Source: an uncultured Planctomycetaceae bacterium
GTDB taxonomy: Bacteria; Planctomycetota; Phycisphaerae; UBA1845; UTPLA1
Direction of reading: 5' to 3'
Assembly: GCA_964385225.1 (NCBI GenBank)
Contig: CAYLOE010000007.1
Location: 7,505-71,504 of the forward strand
Length of the DNA stretch: 64,000 nt
Under the pieces are notes generated by a model. The model was given only the letters and a program-made list of their open reading frames with translations, ran no database searches and was not told where the DNA came from. The number at the start of each line of letters is the position of its first letter. The first letter of the stretch is position 1. A program made the translations under genes and the position numbers. Shown in pieces: positions 48,875-56,950 of this stretch.

Positions 48875-49784
48875 GGTGCTGCTCCTGGGCGGCGGGCCCG
48901 GCGATACGGACGAAGATGTCATGCAGCGAGGGCTGCGCGATTTCGAAAAGTTTGACGCGAGCGCGACTTGAGAGCAGCTGCAGGATGGCCTGTGGATCGG
49001 CCGTCTTGTCGATGCGTAATTCCTGGAAGCGGCCGAAGTCATTCACCCGCTGCACGCCGGGAAGTTCACCGAATGCGACGCTGTTGCCCTCGATTTTCAC
49101 TCGAAGGGTATCGACGCCGTACTGCTCCTTGATTGATTCCAGCGTTCCATCAAGGACTTTCCTGCCTTTGAAGATCATGAAGACGAAGTCGCACATTCGC
49201 TCGGCCACGTCCATGTCGTGGGTCGAGAAGATGACCGTAGCGCCGTTCTTCTTCAATTCGAGCACGGCGTCTCTCAGCACTTCCATGTTGACCGGGTCCA
49301 GGCCGCTAAAGGGCTCATCGAGGATGACCAGCTCGGGCTTATGTAGCACCGTGGCGATGAACTGAATCTTCTGCGCCATGCCTTTGGACATGGCTTCGAC
49401 CTTCTTCTTCGCCACGCCGGGAAGCTGCATGCGATCGAGCCAGCGGTCCACCTCGGCACGTGCATTCCTGACGCCTTTGAGACCGGCGTAGAATTCGAGC
49501 ACCTCGCCGACGAGCATCTTGCGATAAAGGCCGCGCTCTTCGGGGAGATAGCCGATTCGGTCGTTTGCGGCGACGCCGGAGGTGGCGTCCTCGCCGAGGA
49601 CACGAATCGTCCCGCAATCCGGGTGGATGATGCGGAGGATCATGCGAAGGGTCGTCGTCTTGCCCGAGCCGTTTGGCCCGATAAAGCCGTAGACGCTCCC
49701 GCCGGGCACCCGAAGCGAAAGGTTGTCGACGGCCTTCGTGGTACCGTATGTTTTGCTGACGGACTCGATTTCAACAGCGTGCAT
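48867..49784 (-). CDS. ABC transporter ATP-binding protein
   Basis: Walker A GPNGSGKTT, signature MSKGMAQK, Walker B VILDEPFSGLD. Confidence 0.9.
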   Translation of the reverse strand: MHAVEIESVSKTYGTTKAVDNLSLRVPGGSVYGFIGPNGSGKTTTLRMILRIIHPDCGTIRVLGEDATSGVAANDRIGYLPEERGLYRKMLVGEVLEFYAGLKGVRNARAEVDRWLDRMQLPGVAKKKVEAMSKGMAQKIQFIATVLHKPELVILDEPFSGLDPVNMEVLRDAVLELKKNGATVIFSTHDMDVAERMCDFVFMIFKGRKVLDGTLESIKEQYGVDTLRVKIEGNSVAFGELPGVQRVNDFGRFQELRIDKTADPQAILQLLSSRARVKLFEIAQPSLHDIFVRIAGPAAQEQHHE

Positions 49785-50004
49785 CGGCGCTCCTTCTCAG
49801 GAATCAAGACGGCAGCGTAGTGCTTTTGGGCATTCGCGCAAAGAGCATAAACAGCCCCGGTCAGATTGCCGGGATGATATTGATGGGCCGACTCGCCCGC
49901 TCCAGCTCCTGAGTGAGATTGAACGATCGCATCAGCCGGAGTTCACGGCTGTAGCCATGTTTTTTTAATGACCCCAAAAATTCGTACTTCGGCACGCCTA
50001 TGGC

Positions 50005-52245
50005 TCACGAAGCAGGCAGTCCCACGGACTCAATGTGGGCTGCGACGAGACGGATCGACTCGTAGGGAATCTTGCCGTCGAGCCGCTCGAAGATCGGCCG
50101 CAAGGGGCGCGGGCCGACATCGCAGACGGCCCTGGCGACGGTCTGGTACGTTGCCGGATCGATCCACGCGTCGATGCGCTCCGGACGCTCCGCAGCGATG
50201 TATTCGGCGAGGTAATTGGAGACTGTACCGACCGTTCGCTGAAGCGACCTGGCCACCGTTTCGAGTGACTGGCCTTGTGCGAAGAGCTGGAAAGCAGCGA
50301 GTTTGGCTCCTGTACCGGTGCCGGCGCTGCGTCGCGACGGGCCTTCATCGCTTTCTCGATTCTCACTTCCCTGTTCGTCGAACCGATCCATCGGCAGGTC
50401 GTTACTCCGGCAATAGTCCTGGATGTGCGAGACAAAGGTATCTCCGAGGTCCGCCAGCTTACGCTCACCGACACCACGAACGCGGCTGAGCGACTTCGTC
50501 GATGACGGGAAGTATCGAGCCATGTCGCGCAACACGGCGTCGCCGAAGATAACGTACGCCGGCACGCCGCGCTGCTCGGCGATTTTCAGACGCACAGCGC
50601 GCAGTTCGTCGAAGAGTTTCCGATCGACGCCGCTCCACGTTTCCACCTCGCCGCGCGTCTTTCGGACACCCTCAACTCGCAGCCGCATCAACTGCACATC
50701 GCGTCGGCCGCCGAGCACCTCCCACGATGCTGAATTGAGCTTCAGGATCGGCCGATCGCCCGGCGTCCGAGCGAGAAGCTCCTGATCGACGAGCTGATAG
50801 ATCAAATTGCCCAGGGCCTTGCGGTCCATCTCCTTCAGCAGGCCGTAGGTGCTGAGCTTTTCATGCCCGAAGGAGCGGATCATCTCGGTATTGGCCCCGA
50901 CGAGTACGTCCGTCACGTGTTTCGCGCCGAAACGCTCTTCGACACGGGCCACGCACGAAAGAATCTTCTGCGCCACCACGGTGGAATCGGGCACCACTTC
51001 CGTATCGCCGAGACACACATCGCACGCACCGCAGTTTGGCTGTTCGTAGGGCTGATCGAAGTACTCGACGAGCATCTTGTGCCGGCACTTCAACGCGTTG
51101 CAATAGCGCTGCATGTGATGGACCAGCACCCTCATCGCGTTGATGACTTCCTCGGGCCGATCGGCCTCTTCGGCACTGCGTGCAATCAGCCCTTCCCACT
51201 TGATGGCGTCTGACGCGGAGTAGAACAAGACGCACTCGGCCGGCAGCCCATCGCGCCCGGCGCGGCCGGTCTCCTGCTGATAATGCTCTACGCTCTTGGG
51301 CATGGCGGCGTGGATGACACAGCGTACGTTGCTTCGGTCAATGCCCATGCCGAAGGCAACGGTGGCAACCACGACATTCAACTTCTCTTCGGCGAAATCG
51401 TCCTGTGTGCGGCGACGATCGGCGGCATCCATGCCTGCGTGGTAGTGCGCCGCCTTGACGCCGACGGAGGCGAGATACCCGGCCATCGATTCTGTGTCTT
51501 TTCGGCTGATGCAGTAGACGATGACCGCTTCACCCTTGTGACGATTGATGACTTCGAGCGTCTGTCCGTACACATCCGTTCGAGGAAGAATGCGATAGGT
51601 CAGGTTCGGCCGGTCGAAGTTACCGACGAGTACGGCAGGATTCTGCAGGCCCAGTTGCCGGATGATGTCGTCGCGCACGCGCTGGGTGGCCGTGGCGGTA
51701 AAGGCATGGAGACTGGTCTCGGGGAAATGGCGCTTCAACTCCGCCAGGCGGCGATACTCGGGGCGGAAGTCGTGTCCCCAATGGCTGATGCAGTGGGCTT
51801 CGTCGATGGCGAAGGCCCGGACGTCTGCCTGTTGCAGCATCCGCAGACAATGCGGCGCGAGAATCCGCTCAGGGGCGATGAAAATCAGCCGATACTCGCC
51901 GCGGGAGATGCGCAACTGGGTCTCGCGAAGCTCGTCCGGCGACATGCCGCTGTGCAGCGCGGCGGCGAGATAGCCGCACTGGCGAAGGCCGTCGACCTGG
52001 TCCTTCATCAGCGCGATCAGCGGGCTGACGACCACGTCGGTGCGGTTCGCCAGTACAGGCGGCACCTGATAGCAGAGTGATTTGCCGCCGCCGGTGGGTA
52101 TGACCAGCAAGCTGTCGCGGCTGTCCAGTCCGGCGGCGATGGCCTGATCCTGCAGGGGGCGGAGCGTGTCGAAGCCCCAATATCTGCGAATGACTTCCAT
52201 CACGCGAGCGTCGGTTGTCGGCTGTGGGCCCCTGATCGTCGTCAT
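50005..52245 (-). CDS. recQ: ATP-dependent DNA helicase RecQ with extended C-terminus
   Basis: PTGGGKSLCYQ, DEAHCISHWGHDFRPEY, a Zn-binding CxxC cluster (CGACDVC), HRDC-like and an extra C-terminal HTH-like domain. ATG at 52245 (alternative 52200); the track start at 52281 is a TTG. Confidence 0.9.
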   Translation of the reverse strand: MTTIRGPQPTTDARVMEVIRRYWGFDTLRPLQDQAIAAGLDSRDSLLVIPTGGGKSLCYQVPPVLANRTDVVVSPLIALMKDQVDGLRQCGYLAAALHSGMSPDELRETQLRISRGEYRLIFIAPERILAPHCLRMLQQADVRAFAIDEAHCISHWGHDFRPEYRRLAELKRHFPETSLHAFTATATQRVRDDIIRQLGLQNPAVLVGNFDRPNLTYRILPRTDVYGQTLEVINRHKGEAVIVYCISRKDTESMAGYLASVGVKAAHYHAGMDAADRRRTQDDFAEEKLNVVVATVAFGMGIDRSNVRCVIHAAMPKSVEHYQQETGRAGRDGLPAECVLFYSASDAIKWEGLIARSAEEADRPEEVINAMRVLVHHMQRYCNALKCRHKMLVEYFDQPYEQPNCGACDVCLGDTEVVPDSTVVAQKILSCVARVEERFGAKHVTDVLVGANTEMIRSFGHEKLSTYGLLKEMDRKALGNLIYQLVDQELLARTPGDRPILKLNSASWEVLGGRRDVQLMRLRVEGVRKTRGEVETWSGVDRKLFDELRAVRLKIAEQRGVPAYVIFGDAVLRDMARYFPSSTKSLSRVRGVGERKLADLGDTFVSHIQDYCRSNDLPMDRFDEQGSENRESDEGPSRRSAGTGTGAKLAAFQLFAQGQSLETVARSLQRTVGTVSNYLAEYIAAERPERIDAWIDPATYQTVARAVCDVGPRPLRPIFERLDGKIPYESIRLVAAHIESVGLPAS

Positions 52246-52342
52246 GTGACGGCAGTGTATCGATGCGCGGCGATGGATCAAGTCGTTTCGTTCACGGCCA
52301 TCGGCGGTCGTTCATGGAGCGCAATACGGCGGGATGCCGCGC

Positions 52343-54394
52343 TTATGGCAGTGGCGCAAGTTCGTAGAGTGTGGAGTACACGCGATTGCCGCTTTCTGTT
52401 TCAAACGTGAAGTCTTCGACGCGGCGAAGGCCGGCGGCTTCAAGACGGACAAAGAGTTCCTCGTCGATCGACTCCCAGAAGCCGTAGCGCGAGTTGCGCA
52501 GCCGGCGCATCTCAAGCCAATCGACATAAACACCGTGGTAACCCTGCTCGCGAAGCCAGACGATCATTTCCGCCGCGGATCGACGCGCCGCGGCTTCGGC
52601 GAACGGATTGCGATTGAAGACTACGCAGTAATCGGCGCCGGCATCGAGATAGAATCGCCGGGCGTCGGCGACAATCCGTACGCGCTGCCCGGCGCGTGTG
52701 CGTTCGTTGATGCGAGGGACGTGGGCGTGCGTCGGCCAGATTCCCTGTGTGAACCAGTCGGCGTCCGAGCCGGAACGCAGAGAGGCCATGTCGAAGAATC
52801 GGGCATCAAGCAGGATCCTGCCGAGTGCCGCAGCGTTGCCGATGACGGCGGCTGCCATGCAGGCAGCGATGATAAGGCGGCGTGATCCGGCGAGTCTTGC
52901 GAGGCCGACGGCGGCGATGACGCTCGCGGGAACGAGGAGCGTCACAGCGAATCGGCCGACGAGGTGGGTAAATGCCAGCCAGCAGAGGAGCGGCACGACG
53001 AGCATCAGCCAGCAGGAAGCCATCGCAGGGAGGGCGCTACCCGCCTTTTCATCGGTTCGGCGAATTGCAAGTCCGATCGCGCCGACGACAACGAGCAGCC
53101 AGGTCATCCCAAATAGCGGCGCGGCGATGATTTCGTGCCAGAGTCGCTGGACGCGGCCCGTGATGGAACGATGTTCCGGCGCGGGCAAATGACCTACTCG
53201 CCAGCGCTCTGCGCCGTCGTCGTCCCAGATGCCCTCGCGCTCCGGGAAAACGGAACGAGCCAGCGGAAAAACGGGATTCGCCGTGTTGATGATGTTTCGG
53301 ACGAGCCACGGTCCGAACGTGAGCATCGCGCCGACAAACAGAATCGCCGGTCCCGCGAAGTTTTGCGGCCGCGCTCGCAGGCCGATCCATAAAGCCGACA
53401 CGACCACAGGCAACAGCACCGCGAGGACGCCGGTGTACTTGCAGCCGCAGGCGAGGCCGGCGAAAAGTCCGGCGAGCAGCATCCAGCGGCGTTGATCGGC
53501 GTGGCCCGTTGCGGACTTGAGGATGGCCGCGAGCGCGAGCGCGGCGAAGAATAGCAGGCCATTTTCGACGTATGCCAGTCCGCAGAGGTACGCGAGGAAG
53601 GGACAGCTTGCCATGACGGTCGCGGCGATCCATGCGGCACGGTGCCCCCACGGCCTTGCGGCGAGCCAGACGGCGGCGACGGCAAGGGCGGCGAGAACGA
53701 AATGAAGAAGCTGGGCAGCAAGTGCCGCATCGACGGCATCTGAGTTGAGCACCATCGCCAGCAGATAGAGCATCTCGACGTTGAAGGGAAAGTTGCTGTA
53801 GATGTTGTGCGGCAGGTAGCCGATGCGGCCGGCGTCGAGCCAATCGCGCGGGGCCCCGAGGTGATACTCCAGCACGTCGTAGCCGTTGCCCTCAGCAGGC
53901 CACAGCGATCCTGGCGGGTAGCTCGCGGCGAAGAGAGCGATCGCCAGAAACGGCAAGCATGCCAGGCACGCCCAATTTACCGCTGAGCCGCCGTTGTCCG
54001 CGAGCGCAGGACTCCTTTCACACACACCAACCGACTTTGATCGCTGCCGTCCTGCATGGGTAGCGCCCCCTACGACGAACAGCGCGAGTAATCCCAGCCA
54101 TATGGAGCGATGCATCACACCGGCGGCGCCGAGACCGAGCATGAGCAGCGAGAGCGCTCCCACCCCCAGCCCCATCGTAGCGATGCGTCGCCACGCGCAG
54201 CCCGAGTCGACCGGCAGGAGCCACATTGCCAGGGGTCGGCCGATTCCCCACGCCGCAGCCAGAATGAACAGCGCCACCGGCGACGCGGAAACCATCGCAC
54301 CGAAGGCGGCGGGCCATCCGACGGCAACCCACAGGCACGCCCCCAGGGCCGTCAGCAGCAGCGGCAGACGCGACGATGAAAATGCGCGGGTCAT
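52343..54394 (-). CDS. large polytopic membrane protein, GT-C/ArnT-PMT-like
   Basis: About 13 transmembrane segments plus a C-terminal soluble domain. The ATG at 54394 shares one base with the rsgA stop (TGATG). Confidence 0.5.
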   Translation of the reverse strand: MTRAFSSSRLPLLLTALGACLWVAVGWPAAFGAMVSASPVALFILAAAWGIGRPLAMWLLPVDSGCAWRRIATMGLGVGALSLLMLGLGAAGVMHRSIWLGLLALFVVGGATHAGRQRSKSVGVCERSPALADNGGSAVNWACLACLPFLAIALFAASYPPGSLWPAEGNGYDVLEYHLGAPRDWLDAGRIGYLPHNIYSNFPFNVEMLYLLAMVLNSDAVDAALAAQLLHFVLAALAVAAVWLAARPWGHRAAWIAATVMASCPFLAYLCGLAYVENGLLFFAALALAAILKSATGHADQRRWMLLAGLFAGLACGCKYTGVLAVLLPVVVSALWIGLRARPQNFAGPAILFVGAMLTFGPWLVRNIINTANPVFPLARSVFPEREGIWDDDGAERWRVGHLPAPEHRSITGRVQRLWHEIIAAPLFGMTWLLVVVGAIGLAIRRTDEKAGSALPAMASCWLMLVVPLLCWLAFTHLVGRFAVTLLVPASVIAAVGLARLAGSRRLIIAACMAAAVIGNAAALGRILLDARFFDMASLRSGSDADWFTQGIWPTHAHVPRINERTRAGQRVRIVADARRFYLDAGADYCVVFNRNPFAEAAARRSAAEMIVWLREQGYHGVYVDWLEMRRLRNSRYGFWESIDEELFVRLEAAGLRRVEDFTFETESGNRVYSTLYELAPLP

Positions 54395-55566
54395 CAATAC
54401 TCCGTTTTGGCGGCGCATTCCTCGTACATCTTGCAATAGCTTTCGTAGCGCTCGATGGCGATCTGTCCGGCGTCGACTGCCTCACGAATGGCACAATGTG
54501 TCTCGTGCGCGTGCGAACAATTGGGATACTTGCAGCCGGCGACGCGATCGCGAAACTCGATGAAATACGCCTCCAGCTCCTCCTTCGCCACGTCGGCCGG
54601 GTCGAACTGTCGCAGCCCCGGCGTATCAACCACGTAGCCGCCGAATTGCCACTTGAGAAGGCGAGCCGTCGTCGTTGTGTGCTTGCCGCGCTTCAGATCC
54701 GTAAGCGTGCCGGTCTTGAGGGACATGCCCGGCTCGATGGCATTGATGAGCGAACTTTTGCCGACGCCGCTGGGCCCGACGAAGGCGGAGGTCTTACCGG
54801 CGAGCAGCTCGCGCAAATCGTCAATACCGCGACGGTCATGGGCGCAAGTCATGACCGCCTGATAGCCGAGGCCGCGATAACGATCCGCCACCTCCGCCGC
54901 GGAGCCGTCGGAGTCGAGATCGGCCTTGTTAATACAGATGATCGGCCGCATGCCGCCCTGGTGGATGGCGACGAGATAGCGATCGATAAGGTGCGGGCGA
55001 AGCGTTGGTTCATCAACCGCGACCGTAACGACCGCCTGATCGACGTTGGCCGCGATCATCTGCACTTTGCGCTCGTACTGCCGCACGAGCGTCGTGCGCC
55101 GCGGGGCCACATCGTCAATGACGCCCTCAGGCAGCGAGCGATCTTCGCTGACCTGTACGCCGTGGCTCTGGCCCGACACGACCGGGCGAAAACTCACCTC
55201 ATCCCCGACGGCGATCGGCGCGCGGTTCTCAATCAGGCGCGTCCGCAGCATTCGCCGTATAATGCATGCCCAGACGCGCGCGCCGTCGTCCACTTCAACG
55301 ACGCGCCCGCGCGCGACGGTAACGATGCCGGCGTGAACGGCCTGCTGGACTTCGGGTTCGTCATGGATGACGACGGTGCGCTTGCGCGACTGCTCGCCTT
55401 TGTGGCGAACGCTCTCGACGGTCTGGGTGTCTTCGGCGGTCTCATCCCCGGCATGAACCTTCCGCGTCCACTCCGACTTGTCGCGCGCCGGTTTGCCGCG
55501 ATTCTTGCGAAGGTCAATGCGAACCTTGCGGCCGCGCTTGTTCGGGTTGTCTTCCTTGCGGGTCAT
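54394..55566 (-). CDS. rsgA: ribosome small-subunit-dependent GTPase A
   Basis: OB-fold N-domain, circularly permuted G motifs (NKADL...GPSGVGKSSLINA) and C-terminal zinc cluster C.YPNCSHAHETHC. It also has a basic N-terminal extension of about 70 aa. Confidence 0.85.
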   Translation of the reverse strand: MTRKEDNPNKRGRKVRIDLRKNRGKPARDKSEWTRKVHAGDETAEDTQTVESVRHKGEQSRKRTVVIHDEPEVQQAVHAGIVTVARGRVVEVDDGARVWACIIRRMLRTRLIENRAPIAVGDEVSFRPVVSGQSHGVQVSEDRSLPEGVIDDVAPRRTTLVRQYERKVQMIAANVDQAVVTVAVDEPTLRPHLIDRYLVAIHQGGMRPIICINKADLDSDGSAAEVADRYRGLGYQAVMTCAHDRRGIDDLRELLAGKTSAFVGPSGVGKSSLINAIEPGMSLKTGTLTDLKRGKHTTTTARLLKWQFGGYVVDTPGLRQFDPADVAKEELEAYFIEFRDRVAGCKYPNCSHAHETHCAIREAVDAGQIAIERYESYCKMYEECAAKTEY

Positions 55567-55740
55567 TCAGGTTCTACTCATCGAATGATCGAACGTGTCG
55601 CGTAGGATAGTCTACCTGAAAATGGGCGAATTTGGCGTAACGCCCGCCAAGCCGCTGGATGGCAATCCATCGGCTCTTCTCCGCCAGCCGATCGAGTACG
55701 GCATGGATCGAGAAGCCCCGAGGTGCTAACATGTTCCATC

Positions 55741-56838
55741 ATGACGGTCGGGCTACCCATTCTTGAGCATGTCGATATTCGCCCGGAAGGCGTCACGGGG
55801 CCGCGGGATATTCGCTCGGTGCGGACGCTTCGCATCAGCGTGACGGATCGGTGTAACTTCCGGTGCGTCTATTGCATGCCGGAGGACAAGCTCGACTGGG
55901 TTCCGCGCGATTCACTGCTGACGTTCGAGGAGGTTTGCGAGATTGCCCGAGCGGCCATTCGCCACGGCATCACCGCCTTCAAAATTACCGGCGGCGAACC
56001 GCTTGTCCGTCATGATCTGCCTCGGCTCGTCGGCATGTTACGCGCCTTGCCCGGCACGACGGAGCTTTCCATGACGACCAACGGCGCGCTGCTCGACCTC
56101 TACGCGGGCGTACTGAAGGCCGCCGGTCTGGATCGCCTGACCGTGAGTATGGACACGATGAACGCGGATAACTTCCGCCGCATTACCCGCGGGGCGGACC
56201 TTGATCAGGTCTGGCGCGGTATTCGCGCCGCCGTCGCAGCGGGCTTCGGGCACCCCAAGATCAACTGCGTGGCCATGCGCGGTATCAACGATTCGGAGTT
56301 TGCCGACTTCGCCGCGCTGACACTGGAGACCGACCTGACGGTGCGATTTATCGAGTATATGCCGCTGGGCCGCACGGCGCTGGGCGGCGAGTACGAGGAG
56401 CGATTCATCAGCGAGGAGGAGATTCGCGAGCGCGTTCGTCGGCGGCTGGGCTCGCTCGAACCTGCAACCAGCGACACCGGTAGCGGGCCTGCGGTCGTGT
56501 GGAAGCTTCGCGGAGCCGTCGGTCGGATCGGATTCATCAGCGCGATGTCCAAACCTTTCTGCGCGACTTGCAACCGGCTGCGGCTCACGGCGGAGGGGCA
56601 GCTTCGCAGTTGCCTGTTCGATGGCGGTGAGGTGGAATTGCGGCCGATCCTGCGCAGCGAGAATGGCAGCCGACAGATTGCAATGCGTCGGTTTCAGCGA
56701 GAAGCAATCCATCGCGAAGCTATCCAACGCGATTCGATTCAGAACGATCTTCACGGCGCCTTCATCCGCTGCATCGCCTTCAAGCCGGAGGTACATTCCT
56801 ACTACGGAAACCGGCAGATGTCGCAGATCGGCGGGTGA
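55741..56838 (+). CDS. moaA: GTP 3',8-cyclase (radical SAM)
   Basis: RISVTDRCNFRCVYCMP, ITGGEPL and C-terminal CATCNRLRLTAEGQLRSCLF...MSQIGG. ATG at 55741 (GTG at 55723 is possible). Confidence 0.9.
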   Translation: MTVGLPILEHVDIRPEGVTGPRDIRSVRTLRISVTDRCNFRCVYCMPEDKLDWVPRDSLLTFEEVCEIARAAIRHGITAFKITGGEPLVRHDLPRLVGMLRALPGTTELSMTTNGALLDLYAGVLKAAGLDRLTVSMDTMNADNFRRITRGADLDQVWRGIRAAVAAGFGHPKINCVAMRGINDSEFADFAALTLETDLTVRFIEYMPLGRTALGGEYEERFISEEEIRERVRRRLGSLEPATSDTGSGPAVVWKLRGAVGRIGFISAMSKPFCATCNRLRLTAEGQLRSCLFDGGEVELRPILRSENGSRQIAMRRFQREAIHREAIQRDSIQNDLHGAFIRCIAFKPEVHSYYGNRQMSQIGG

Positions 56839-56844
56839 GGAATA

Positions 56845-56933
56845 GAATTACAAATTTCAAATTACGAATTACAAAAGAGTGCCGGGTGTTCCACTATCAA
56901 ATTCGTAATTCGCAAATTTGTAATTTGTAATTC
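56845..56933. repeat. AT-rich long imperfect palindrome between convergent moaA and rseP (bidirectional terminator or REP-like)
   Basis: Left arm gaattacaaatttcaaattacgaattacaaaag. The reverse complement of the right arm is gaattacaaattacaaatttgcgaattacgaatttg. The loop is about 20 nt. Confidence 0.6.
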
Positions 56934-56950
56934 GTCGTTCTACATTTCTT

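Noticed and set aside
55567-55740. Moco riboswitch upstream of moaA.
   Set aside because: Only a short hairpin (gatgg-caat-ccatc) is visible. I could not recognise the conserved Moco motif elements. Untested without Infernal (RF01055).
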